Of a DNA stretch of 64,000 nucleotides, positions 28,317 through 37,413 are shown piece by piece. The stretch is from NCBI GenBank assembly GCA_965242525.1, contig OZ251459.1, positions 448,001 through 512,000 of the forward strand. The letters are read 5' to 3'. The first letter of the stretch is position 1; the number at the start of each line of letters is the position of its first letter. The translations under genes were made by a program, and so were the position numbers. Source of the DNA: an uncultured Candidatus Binatia bacterium (GTDB taxonomy: Bacteria > Desulfobacterota > Binatia > UBA9968 > JAJDTQ01). Below the pieces are notes generated by a model. That model was not told the origin of the DNA, made no database searches, and saw only the letters and a program-made list of their open reading frames with translations.

Positions 28317-29183
28317 ATGTCTCGGAAGATCAGGGTCACCAGTGAAGGAACCGTGTGGACGCTGCCGTGGGACGTGGGAGTGGCCAGGGGTTTCATGGAG
28401 GCGGAGGGCATCGAGGCCGAGGTGGTGACGCCGGACTCCCAGCTCGCGCCCGCGGAGGTGTTCGAGCGGCCCATCGCGAGCGACTACGAAGCGGGGGACC
28501 TGGAGGGTTACAACAAGTGCGAGTGGGGCGTCATCAAACGCGCGGCCGACGGCGAGCGGGATGGCTGGATCCTCGGACGGCGGGAGAGCGTGGCGGCCAT
28601 GGCCATCGTGGCGCGGGGCGATGCGCCGTACCACCGGCTGGACGACCTTGCGGACGTGCCCATCTCCATCCAGGACCAGACCGGCTCCCACTACATGACC
28701 CTCAAGATGCTGGAAGGCCACGTGGACAAGGGACGGGCGCAGTTGCGCCACGACGGCGGTCCGGCCATCCGCACCCGGCTGCTGCTGAACGGCGAGGTGG
28801 AGGCGGCGACGCTCATGGAGCCTTTCATCAGCCTGGCCGAGAGCCGCGGCTGCCGCGTGCTGGCGGAGTCCAGGTACTGGGGCCTGCTGTTCGTCAACAG
28901 CGACGACGCCGAGGAAGCCCGGGAGGCCATCTTCCGGGCGCTGCGGCGCTCGGTGGACGAGATCAACGCGGACCTGGAGAAACACGCCGCGCTCCTGTTG
29001 CGGGACATTCCGGCCGACCTCATGGGCGACTTCAAGCCGGAGGACCTGAACCTCAACCGCCTGGATTACGTCTATCCGGAAGACTACACCGAAGAGGAGT
29101 TCGAACGGGCGCGCAACTGGATGGCCGGCTACGGCCTCAAGCCCGACTCCCGGGCCGGCTACTCGGACCTGGTCAAGCTGTAG
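28317..29183 (+). CDS. SsuA/NMT1-like substrate-binding fold protein, no signal peptide
   Basis: GFMEAEGIEAEVV, GSHY, GEVEAATLMEP; GGAGGT RBS. Confidence 0.7.
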   Translation: MSRKIRVTSEGTVWTLPWDVGVARGFMEAEGIEAEVVTPDSQLAPAEVFERPIASDYEAGDLEGYNKCEWGVIKRAADGERDGWILGRRESVAAMAIVARGDAPYHRLDDLADVPISIQDQTGSHYMTLKMLEGHVDKGRAQLRHDGGPAIRTRLLLNGEVEAATLMEPFISLAESRGCRVLAESRYWGLLFVNSDDAEEAREAIFRALRRSVDEINADLEKHAALLLRDIPADLMGDFKPEDLNLNRLDYVYPEDYTEEEFERARNWMAGYGLKPDSRAGYSDLVKL

Positions 29184-29249
29184 CCGCGGTCCCGTCCCGA
29201 AGTCCGTCAAGGTCCTTCACGAAGGTGGAGGACCTTTTTCTTTTTCGAG

Positions 29250-29376
29250 GAAACTCCGTTCGACCCCGGAAGGAGGGCGCGTCCTTCGACTCCGCTACGC
29301 TACGCTCGGGACGAACGGGGATGGAAGGGTCACGTGAGGGAATGCCCCCACCCATGGTTCGATTGTTCAGGGTTTC
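29250..29376. mobile_element. Diverged MITE-like element of the same family
   Basis: Contains TCCTTCGACTCCGCTACGCTACGCTCGGGACGAACGG; right end GATTGTTCAGGGTTTC; flanks TTCGAG/CTCGAG match 5/6. Confidence 0.6.
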
Positions 29377-29457
29377 CTCGAGTCGTTCCGGCTCCGGTCC
29401 CCGTCCCTTGCGGGGCCGCGGCCTTGCGGCCGCTCCCGCGGCGGGCCGCGCATTTCC

Positions 29458-30783
29458 ATGAAGCCACGCTTCGCACGCATCGGCAGGAGGTTCCGGGTAT
29501 TCCAGGTCCTCCGCTACCGGGACTTCCGCCTCTACTGGGTCGGCCACCTGACCGCGGTGGCCGGCCACCAGATGATGATACTCGCCCAGGGGTGGCTGGC
29601 CTGGGAGTTGACCCGGTCGGAGTACGTGCTGGGCGGCCTGGGGGTAGCCGCAGCCGCCCCCGCGGTGGCCCTGAGCCTCTTCGGCGGCGCCGCGGCCGAC
29701 AAGTGGGAGCTGCGGCGCCTGCTCATCGCGTTGCAGTTCGTCACGGGGTTCGCGCTGTTGGCGCTCGCCACGCTGGTGGTCACGGAGCTGGTGCGGGTGT
29801 GGCACCTGTTCGCCATGGCCTTCGTCTTCGGCGTCATCGCGGCCTTCGACCATCCCGCGAGGCAGGCGCTCTTTCCGCACCTGCTGGACCGTCGATACTT
29901 GATGAACGCGGTCAGTCTCAACTCCATGATCTGGCCCGGCACCCGCATCTTCGGCCCGGCCCTGGGGGGAGTCGTCATCGACTGGGCGGGGGGCTTCACG
30001 GGCGCGCCGTTGTCCGGGGCCGGGGCCGCATTCTACGTGGCCGCGGCGGCGTTCGCCACGTTCGGCCTGGCGCTGTTGCCGGTGCGCACGCCGGTCGTCC
30101 GACGGACCTCGGGGGGCAGCGTCGTCCGGACCGTCCTGGGCGGACTGTCGTTCGTGTGGAACCGGAAACCGTTCCGTTCCCTCATCGCCCTGAACTACCT
30201 GGACATCTTCTTCCTGGCCTCCCACATCTCGCTGTTGCCCGTGTTCGCCGGCGTGGTGTTCGGGGGCGACGCCTCGACGCTGGGCTCCCTCTACACGGTG
30301 AGCGGCATCGGCAGCATGGCGGGCGCCCTGGCGGCCGCGAACCTCGGCGGCTTTCGGAGACGGGGCGGACTGATCCTGCTGGGCGCAGGGATACAGGCCT
30401 GCTTCCTGACGCTGTTCGGCCTGTCGGGCTCCTATCCGCTGTCGTTGTGCCTGCTGCTGGCGGCCGGCGTCGGCCTTTCCCTGTTCATGGTGAGTACGCA
30501 GACCACGGTGCAGACCCTGGCGCCCGACGAGTTCCGCGGCCGCGTCATGGCCATGTGGGGCATGAACTACAGCGTGGCCCTCCCCCTGGGACAACTCCAG
30601 ATGGGTGCGGTGGCCGGCCTCTCCCGGGAACGCCTGTCCGGCGTCCTCGGCCGCTTGGCCGGCGCCCCCTCCGCAGTCGTCCTGGGCGGCCTCGCCATGC
30701 TCGCGGTGGTGGGCGTCACCGCGGCCGCCAACCGCCCGGTCCGGGACCTCACCCCGGACGGTCCGCGGCCGGACGCAGCCTGA
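29458..30783 (+). CDS. MFS transporter (MFS_3/EntS-like)
   Basis: LRYRDFRLYW, GGAAADKW.LRRLL, FDHPARQA, APDEFRGRV; about 12 TM segments. Confidence 0.9.
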   Translation: MKPRFARIGRRFRVFQVLRYRDFRLYWVGHLTAVAGHQMMILAQGWLAWELTRSEYVLGGLGVAAAAPAVALSLFGGAAADKWELRRLLIALQFVTGFALLALATLVVTELVRVWHLFAMAFVFGVIAAFDHPARQALFPHLLDRRYLMNAVSLNSMIWPGTRIFGPALGGVVIDWAGGFTGAPLSGAGAAFYVAAAAFATFGLALLPVRTPVVRRTSGGSVVRTVLGGLSFVWNRKPFRSLIALNYLDIFFLASHISLLPVFAGVVFGGDASTLGSLYTVSGIGSMAGALAAANLGGFRRRGGLILLGAGIQACFLTLFGLSGSYPLSLCLLLAAGVGLSLFMVSTQTTVQTLAPDEFRGRVMAMWGMNYSVALPLGQLQMGAVAGLSRERLSGVLGRLAGAPSAVVLGGLAMLAVVGVTAAANRPVRDLTPDGPRPDAA

Positions 30784-30893
30784 CGCGCCTCTTTCCCGGG
30801 CCCGTCCCGACCGGAGCTCCCTTCGACTCCGCCGCGCTCGACGCGGGTGGGCCAAGGGAAGGAAACCCTGAGCCGTCGCGCCATGGACGGAAG

Positions 30894-31164
30894 GAACCTC
30901 TGAACAATCGAGACATCCGGGATGGATTCCCGATTTCCTCACCCTGACGCCCCTATCCCCGTTCGTCCCGAGCGTAGCGTAGCGGAGTCCCCCATTCATC
31001 CTGAGCGTAGCGAAGCGAAGTCCTCCGTTCATCCTGAGCGTAGCGAAGCGGAGTCCCCCATTCGTCCCGAGCGTAGCGAAGCGAAGTCCCCCGTTCGTCC
31101 CGAGCGTAGCGGAGCGAAGTCGAAGGACGCGCTCATGCCCCCTGTCCCGATTGTCCAGAGGTTC
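30894..31164. mobile_element. 271-bp MITE-like element with TIRs, exact 6-bp target duplication and five tandem 33-bp units
   Basis: GAACCTCTGAACAATCGAGACA ... TGTCCCGATTGTCCAGAGGTTC, with CGGAAG on both sides (30888-30893 and 31165-31170). Length 271 = 139 + 4x33. Confidence 0.8.
30958..31122. repeat. 5 x 33-bp tandem repeat
   Basis: Units YCCRTTCRTCCYGAGCGTAGCGDAGCGRAGTCS start at 30958, 30991, 31024, 31057 and 31090 with no spacers. Confidence 0.92.
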
Positions 31165-31281
31165 CGGAAGACTTCCCTCACCCTGACCCTCCTGTCCCCG
31201 TTCTACTCCCGTTCGTCCTGAGCGTAGCGAAGCGGAGTCGAAGGACGCATCTTGCGCTGCACTGCGTGGGATCCCCCGGTC

Positions 31282-32502
31282 TCACAGGTCGGCCTTGCGG
31301 ATCTCCTTCCGGGCGGCCACGAGGCCCAGTGTAGCGCCGACGCAGACCGCGGCGCCCAGCATGAGGGTTGCGGGAGCGCCGACCAGCGCGGCCACGAAAC
31401 CCGACTGGGCTTCTCCGAGGCTCGGGCCGCCCACCCCCAGCATCCGCTGGAAGCTCAGGATGCGTCCCCTCAGGCGGTCCGGGGTGGCGGTCTGGATGAT
31501 GACGTTGCGGAGCACCATCTGGACGGCTTCGAAGAAGCCCAGCAGGAAGACCGCGGCCACCGACAGCAGGAAACGGCCCGACAGGGCCAGCGCCGCCAGG
31601 CAGAAGGAATACGCGAATATCCCGAACGCCACCCAGATGCCCTTGTAGCGAAGGTCGCCCAGAGACAACACCAGGGCGACTCCGAGGATGGCGCCCAGAG
31701 CCGCGGCGGAGAGCAGCAGCCCGAAGCCTTCGGCGCCGGCCCCGACGACGGCTGCGAAGATGGGCAGCAGGCCCCGGTAGCTTCCGAAATAGACGGCGAC
31801 CAGTTCCATGCCGAGAAAGACCCACACCGCGGTTTCCCGGCGCACGAAGGCGATGCCCTCCATGAGGCTCCGGAAGGGTGACCCGGGGCTGTGGGGGACC
31901 TCCGACGCGTACCGGATGGCGGCCACCAGGAACACCGCGGAGAAATAGACGCCGCCGTTGAGGGCGTAGGTGAAGCCGGAACTGAACCAGGCGATGAGGA
32001 CGCCGGCGAGCACCGGTCCCGCGAGTTGCGACAGCTTCCGGCTCATGGCCGTCAGCGAGAGCGCGTTCAGGAGCGTCTCCCGGGGCACCAGTCCCGGTAC
32101 CATGGCGTTGCGGGACGGCGCGCCCAGGGCGTTCAACGACGCGCTCATGCAGGCCGAGAAGTAGATGTGCCAGACCTGGAGGAGGCCCGTGAGCGCCAGC
32201 GCCGCCAGCAGGGCGTTCAGGGCCCCGTTGCCCGCCTGCACCAGCATCACGAACCGGCGGCGGTCGATGCGGTCCGCCAGCACCCCGCCGCCCAGGGAGA
32301 GGGCGAAGACCGGGAGCCCGCGGGCCAAGCCGATGAATCCCAGATGCAGGGCGGAGCCGGTCAGCTCGTAGATGAGCCAGAGCTCCAGGGTGCGCTGGAT
32401 GTGGAAACCGAAGGAAGTGGCGAGGACGGCCAGCCAGAGCAGCCGGAAACCGCGGTGCGCCAAGGCGCCGCGGTTCGGCTGCCAGGACCGCCTACGCTGC
32501 AC
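31282..32502 (-). CDS. MFS transporter
   Basis: ALAHRGFRLLW, GGVLADRIDRRR, TPDRLRGR. Confidence 0.9.
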   Translation of the reverse strand: MQRRRSWQPNRGALAHRGFRLLWLAVLATSFGFHIQRTLELWLIYELTGSALHLGFIGLARGLPVFALSLGGGVLADRIDRRRFVMLVQAGNGALNALLAALALTGLLQVWHIYFSACMSASLNALGAPSRNAMVPGLVPRETLLNALSLTAMSRKLSQLAGPVLAGVLIAWFSSGFTYALNGGVYFSAVFLVAAIRYASEVPHSPGSPFRSLMEGIAFVRRETAVWVFLGMELVAVYFGSYRGLLPIFAAVVGAGAEGFGLLLSAAALGAILGVALVLSLGDLRYKGIWVAFGIFAYSFCLAALALSGRFLLSVAAVFLLGFFEAVQMVLRNVIIQTATPDRLRGRILSFQRMLGVGGPSLGEAQSGFVAALVGAPATLMLGAAVCVGATLGLVAARKEIRKADL

Positions 32503-33451
32503 TACGCCCGTTCTCGGCCTCCACCAGGGGACGGTAGCGCTCGTTCATCTCCATCCAGTGGGCGGCGCGTTTCTTCGCCCTGTCGATCTGGACGTCGGGG
32601 AAATTCAGGAACGGGGTCCGCGTGGGGCCCACCTTGCAGTAGTCCGCGTACTCCGCGGGCCGCTTGAAGCCTTCGCCGGGCACGGGCTTGCCTTGGCTGG
32701 CCGCGTTGAGGTCGGCGATGACCTCCGCGGCCTTGTCGTTCTCGCCGCGCCGGACCAGGTTCCGCAAGTGGAGGACCGGCCAGGGTCCCATCCATACCTC
32801 GGTGGACCAGCAGCCCGCGGCGCCCATGCCGTAGTAGGGGTAGAGCTGGTTCTGGTTCACGAAGACGCTGATCCTGCCTCGGGTGATGCGTTGCAGGTTC
32901 AGGAACGCGCTGGTGGTCCGGTGGCTGTCCTTCATGCCGACGATGGTGGGGTTCTTCACCAGTTCCCGGAAGGCCGGCACCGGCAGGGTGAACTTGTGGT
33001 TGCCGGGGTTGTGGTAGATCAGGATGTTCAGGGTCGGGAACAGGTCCGCCACGTCGTGGAAGAAGCGGATGGCGTCGGGCACCGGCAGGGTCTCGTAGTA
33101 GGGCACCCCCAGCAGCACCCCGTCCGCCCCCGAGTCCTTGACGAAGTTCATCTTGCGCACCACTTCCCTGGGGTTGGGGCTGGTGACGCCGATGAACAGG
33201 GGAACCCGTTTCCTCACCGCGTCCACCGTCGCCGCGGTGAGGGTCTCGAACTCTTCCCACAGCAAGTTGTAGCACTCGCCGTAGGTGCCGGTGGTGGACA
33301 GGACGTCGATGCCGTCCCGGATGATCCGGTCCACTCCCGCGGCCAGGTTGTCCACGGCGATGGTCCGGGTCGCGTTGATGTCCACGGCGTCGTCGGTGGC
33401 GAACGCGGGCATCATGCCCATGACTCCGCCTATGTCCTTTGCGGTCAGCAT
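32492..33451 (-). CDS. DHDPS-superfamily hydratase-aldolase (NahE/PhdJ-like)
   Basis: GTYGEC, LIYHNP, Schiff-base Lys in GMKDS, GCWS...MGPWP; GGAGGT RBS. Confidence 0.8.
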   Translation of the reverse strand: MLTAKDIGGVMGMMPAFATDDAVDINATRTIAVDNLAAGVDRIIRDGIDVLSTTGTYGECYNLLWEEFETLTAATVDAVRKRVPLFIGVTSPNPREVVRKMNFVKDSGADGVLLGVPYYETLPVPDAIRFFHDVADLFPTLNILIYHNPGNHKFTLPVPAFRELVKNPTIVGMKDSHRTTSAFLNLQRITRGRISVFVNQNQLYPYYGMGAAGCWSTEVWMGPWPVLHLRNLVRRGENDKAAEVIADLNAASQGKPVPGEGFKRPAEYADYCKVGPTRTPFLNFPDVQIDRAKKRAAHWMEMNERYRPLVEAENGRSAA

Positions 33452-33492
33452 GGCACACCTCCCTGATGGAAAAGTCGTTGCGCACCCAACGT

Positions 33493-34659
33493 TTACGGCG
33501 CGTGCGCGCCCGGTCCCCCGGCCCGGGCGTCCGGGGACTCCAGGCCGTAGAGATGCGCCGCGTTCCGTCGCAGGATACGGTCGCGGGCTTCCGGGGCGAC
33601 GCCCCGGAAGCAGCGTTCCACGGTCTCCCGGGTCCTCGGCCAAGTGGACGTGGCCAGGGGAAAGTTCGTGGACCAGAGGATGTGGTCCACGCCCACGTAG
33701 TCGGCGAACGGCGCCACCTCGTCGAACCACGCCGTGAGAAAGCACTGGCGGTGGAACATCTCCGACGGTTTGAGGTCGTATCCTTCCCGGGCCAGCCCGT
33801 CGTGCTCGAACTGGTGGTCGGCCCACTCCATGTAGAGCATGCCCCAACTCAGGGCGCTTTCCGCCATCACCAGCCGCAGCCGGGGATGGCGCAGCAGCAC
33901 GCGCGAGAAGGACAGCAGCGACAGCACGAACACGCTGGACACCGGTCGGGTCACTGCGTCCACCGCGTCCGACAGGGCCGGTGACAGGCCCGGGAAGGCA
34001 GGGTACTGCAACTGCGGCGACGCTCCCGCATGGAGCGCCACCGGCACGCCCAGCTCCTCGCACGCGCTCCACACGCGGTCGTATTCGGGCTCGCTCACGT
34101 GCGGCACTTGGCGCAGGTGCATGGGGAGCGCGGGAAAGACGATGCCGCGGTGTCCCTTGCCCACGGCCCGCTGCATCTCCGCGATGGCGGCCTCCGGCGG
34201 CCAGATGGGCACGATGCATTGGGGCACGAAGCGCGGGCTGGCCGAAGCCCACTCCTCCACCAGCCAATCGTTGTAGGCCCGGACGCAGGCCGCCTCCAAC
34301 TCGGGATCTTCCAGCCGTCCGAAGGTCTCCCCCGCGAGTCCGGCCACGGTCGGGAACAGCACCGAATGGTCGATGCCCGCGGCGTCCATGGCCTTCAACC
34401 GTTCCCCGGGATGGTAGGCCGCGGCCGGCACTTCGTCCCAGTTGCGCGGCGCGCGGTTGCGGTCGGGCATGAGGGCCGCGGCCGCGGCTGCGGGCCCCAG
34501 GTCCCGCCCGTCCACGGACCAGCGTTCCACCCCGTCCGCGTCCCGCGCCAAGTGCGGGATGCGCTCACCGAAGCGGCTCCGCGAGAGACGACTCGTCCAC
34601 AGGTCCGGGGGCTCCTGGACGTGGTCGTCCACGCTGACGAGACCCCGGCAGGGCGTCAT
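33493..34659 (-). CDS. Amidohydrolase family protein
   Basis: VSVDDHVQEPPDLW, RAYNDWL, ALHAG; ends WSTNFP where DFP is usual. Confidence 0.85.
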   Translation of the reverse strand: MTPCRGLVSVDDHVQEPPDLWTSRLSRSRFGERIPHLARDADGVERWSVDGRDLGPAAAAAALMPDRNRAPRNWDEVPAAAYHPGERLKAMDAAGIDHSVLFPTVAGLAGETFGRLEDPELEAACVRAYNDWLVEEWASASPRFVPQCIVPIWPPEAAIAEMQRAVGKGHRGIVFPALPMHLRQVPHVSEPEYDRVWSACEELGVPVALHAGASPQLQYPAFPGLSPALSDAVDAVTRPVSSVFVLSLLSFSRVLLRHPRLRLVMAESALSWGMLYMEWADHQFEHDGLAREGYDLKPSEMFHRQCFLTAWFDEVAPFADYVGVDHILWSTNFPLATSTWPRTRETVERCFRGVAPEARDRILRRNAAHLYGLESPDARAGGPGAHAP

Positions 34660-35819
34660 GCGCTCCGGGCCTCCGGCCGCACCGCGGCTTCCATGCCGTA
34701 CACCTTCATGGCGTTCTCGTACAGCAGCTTCCTGCGGTCCTCGGCCGGCACGCCCTCGAGCACGTGCTCGACGGACTCCCACGAACGCGGGTAGAAGGAC
34801 GCCACGTGGGGGAAGTCCGATTCCCACATGATGTTGTCGATGCCGATGTCGCGCCGCAGCTTGATGCCTTCGGTCTCGAACCAGAAGTTGGTGAACATCT
34901 GGCGCCGCACCGCCTCGCTGGGGCGGGTGGCGAGTCCTTCGGTCCACAGATGGCGGCATTCCCATTCGTGGTCGCAGGCGGCGAGGACGTAGTTGAGACC
35001 GCCGATGCCCGCCTCCGCGAATACGAACTTGAGCCGCGGGAAGCGCTCGGTGACGCCGCCGAAGACGAGCTGCGGGATGATCTGGGCGGGGGTCACCGCG
35101 GACGTGCTGGTCATGGCCGAGTGGGCCTGCCGCGGGGAATAGCCGCTCCAGAACCGCGTGGACCAGCCCGCGCGCACGCCGGCCGATCCGTGGAAGTGCA
35201 CCGGCGCCCCCAGGCTCTGGCACACGTCCCACACCGGGTCCCAGCAGGGGTCGGCCAGGTGAGGCAACGGGCTCGGCGGTTGCCCCTGCAGGTTGATGCC
35301 TCGATGCCCGGCCGCGGTGGCCCGTTCGATCTCGGCCCGGATGGTCGAGGGGTCGCTCAGGTAGGGGATGACGGTCACCGGGAAATACCGGTCGCTCACG
35401 GTGGTCCATTCCGCCAGGGCGTCGTTGTAGGCCTGCACCACGTCGAGTTCGAAGTCTGCGTCGTCGAACTCGTAGAACGTGCCTCCCGGAGGATTGGGGA
35501 ACAGGACCTCGGCGTCGATTCCGTCGGCGTCCAGCGCCGTCAGCCGTTCCTGGGGGTCGTACCCCTGGCGGGGCACTTCCTCCCAGCGCTGCGGATAGGT
35601 GGGGAACGGGTCGCCCATGAGGGCGGGGCAGTTGCCCACGTTGTCGCCCCGAGGCTTGCCGTACACGCACCAGCGGTGCACCTTGCGGCCCTCGTGCTCC
35701 ACCTCCACCACCCGGGGAATGCGCTCGCCCCACTTGCGGCTCTGCATGCGCGAGGTGAAGGCGTCCCGGTCGAAGCCGCAGTGGGAATCGGCGCTGATGA
35801 GTCCGTATCGGATTTCCAT
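34656..35819 (-). CDS. Amidohydrolase family protein
   Basis: ISADSH, DADGIDAEVLFP, AYND, MWESDFPH. Confidence 0.88.
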   Translation of the reverse strand: MEIRYGLISADSHCGFDRDAFTSRMQSRKWGERIPRVVEVEHEGRKVHRWCVYGKPRGDNVGNCPALMGDPFPTYPQRWEEVPRQGYDPQERLTALDADGIDAEVLFPNPPGGTFYEFDDADFELDVVQAYNDALAEWTTVSDRYFPVTVIPYLSDPSTIRAEIERATAAGHRGINLQGQPPSPLPHLADPCWDPVWDVCQSLGAPVHFHGSAGVRAGWSTRFWSGYSPRQAHSAMTSTSAVTPAQIIPQLVFGGVTERFPRLKFVFAEAGIGGLNYVLAACDHEWECRHLWTEGLATRPSEAVRRQMFTNFWFETEGIKLRRDIGIDNIMWESDFPHVASFYPRSWESVEHVLEGVPAEDRRKLLYENAMKVYGMEAAVRPEARSA

Positions 35820-35836
35820 GAGGCTCGCTCCGTGCG

Positions 35837-36817
35837 CTATCTCAGCTTGCCCACGTACTTCCGTTCGATGACGAGCTTGAGCTCCTCGGTGGCCTTCCCG
35901 TCGAGGTCCAGGAACGGTTTCAGGGTCTTCTTGATGTCCTCCGGGCCGGTCCACTGCACGATGAGCTTCAGCTTGTCGGCTTCCTTCCGGGCCGCATCCA
36001 CCCGGGTGACCTTTTCCAGCGCCTCGCCAAGGAACTTCGTCCTGGCCTCCGGCACCCCGGGAGAGGTGATGACGGCGCCGAAGATCTCGGAGAAGGACAG
36101 CGCGTAGCTGCGCCACGGCTCGTTGGCCTGCATGGCCATCAGGTGGGGCGCGTCGGGCGTGCGGTCGTCCTCGAAGAAGGTGAACGCGACGTTGACCGCG
36201 TCCTTGTGCCTCCACGCGGTGGCCACCGAACCGGTGGTGGCGTCCAGCTCGCCCCGCCTGATGGCGGCGAGCCGCTCCGCGGAACCGCCGTAGCCGGGCA
36301 CGATGGTGATGGGAAGGTCGAACATCTCCGCGATCATTCCTTCGTTGAACGGGGAGGAAGCGCCGATGCGTATGCGCTTCAGCTTGCGCAGCCCCTCGAT
36401 GTCCGACGGCAGGTCCTTGCGCACCAGCAGGGCCGTGTTGGTGCGTACGACGCGCCCCAGGTACCGGAACTTGTCGAAGTCGTACTTCACCCCCTTGCGG
36501 CCGAAGAGGTCGAAGGCCACCAGCTTGGTGTGGGCGGTGAGGAGTGCGAGGCCGTCCGGCGGCAGCCGGTAGAGCCGGTTGTATCCGGCCACGCCGCCGC
36601 CCCCGGGCAGGTTCCGGACGATGGTCCGGGCGCCGGTGAGGGCCGGCAGGTGACGCGCCAGCCAGCGGGCGCGCAGGTCGAAGGTGCCCCCGGGCGAATA
36701 CTGCACCAGCAGCGTCATGCGCTTGCCGCGGTAGAAGTCGCGGACGTCGTTCTGTGCATGCGCCGGGGCGGCGGCCAGGGCGATGCCCGCACACAGGAGC
36801 CATAATGCCTTTTTCAT
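35837..36817 (-). CDS. tctC: Bug/TctC substrate-binding protein
   Basis: Signal peptide MKKALWLL...AHA-Q, SPGGTFD, NLPGGGG, PPDG. Confidence 0.85.
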   Translation of the reverse strand: MKKALWLLCAGIALAAAPAHAQNDVRDFYRGKRMTLLVQYSPGGTFDLRARWLARHLPALTGARTIVRNLPGGGGVAGYNRLYRLPPDGLALLTAHTKLVAFDLFGRKGVKYDFDKFRYLGRVVRTNTALLVRKDLPSDIEGLRKLKRIRIGASSPFNEGMIAEMFDLPITIVPGYGGSAERLAAIRRGELDATTGSVATAWRHKDAVNVAFTFFEDDRTPDAPHLMAMQANEPWRSYALSFSEIFGAVITSPGVPEARTKFLGEALEKVTRVDAARKEADKLKLIVQWTGPEDIKKTLKPFLDLDGKATEELKLVIERKYVGKLR

Positions 36818-36904
36818 GGGGTTCCTCCTCGTCGGCAGGACACTTTGGCCTACGTAATCGCATTCGCCGCGGGATGTCAACATGGGGTCGGTCCGTCCTT
36901 CTGC

Positions 36905-37408
36905 TCAGGGCCGCCGGGCGTCCATGAGGCGCCCCAGCAGGCTATCGGGCCAGACCACGTGGAGGACGTTGTCGAACACCCCCACCACCAGGGCGGTCAC
37001 GAGACCCGTCAGCGCCAGCGTCACCCCCCACCCGGCCCGGCTCACGAACCGCAGGTAGAGCGCCAGGAAGAGGGCCAGGGCCGGTTGGAACCCCACCAGC
37101 AGCACCGACGCCAGGAGCGCCAGCGCGCACAGGTAGAAGGCGCCGGCCCGTCGGATCGCCTGGTCCGCGGGCACCGAGCGGTCCACCGCGATGTCGCGCA
37201 CGCGCTGGGGCGCCGGACTTTCCTCGCCGTGGTCCGGCCCCGCCACCGCGTCCCGCGCGAGCTGGACCAGGGCCACCAGCAGCACCGGGATGCCTACGGT
37301 CAACGGAAAGAGCCCGGTGGCGAAGGGCCACTGCCACGCCGTGGCCATGGCCGCGGCCAGCAGCACGAAGAAGAACCCGTCGAACAGCAGGACCACGGCC
37401 TTGCGCAT
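36905..37408 (-). CDS. tctB: TctB family small membrane protein
   Basis: About four TM segments, FP motif, ends LHVVWPDSLL; lies between tctA and tctC. Confidence 0.8.
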   Translation of the reverse strand: MRKAVVLLFDGFFFVLLAAAMATAWQWPFATGLFPLTVGIPVLLVALVQLARDAVAGPDHGEESPAPQRVRDIAVDRSVPADQAIRRAGAFYLCALALLASVLLVGFQPALALFLALYLRFVSRAGWGVTLALTGLVTALVVGVFDNVLHVVWPDSLLGRLMDARRP

Positions 37409-37413
37409 GCGCG

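Noticed and set aside
30958-31122. Possible CRISPR array
   Set aside because: The units are head-to-tail with no unique spacers, and they sit inside a TIR-bounded element.
30922-31221. ORFs encoding PERSEAKS / SFDSATLRSGRT peptide repeats
   Set aside because: They are translations of the non-coding repeat family, seen in several frames and loci.
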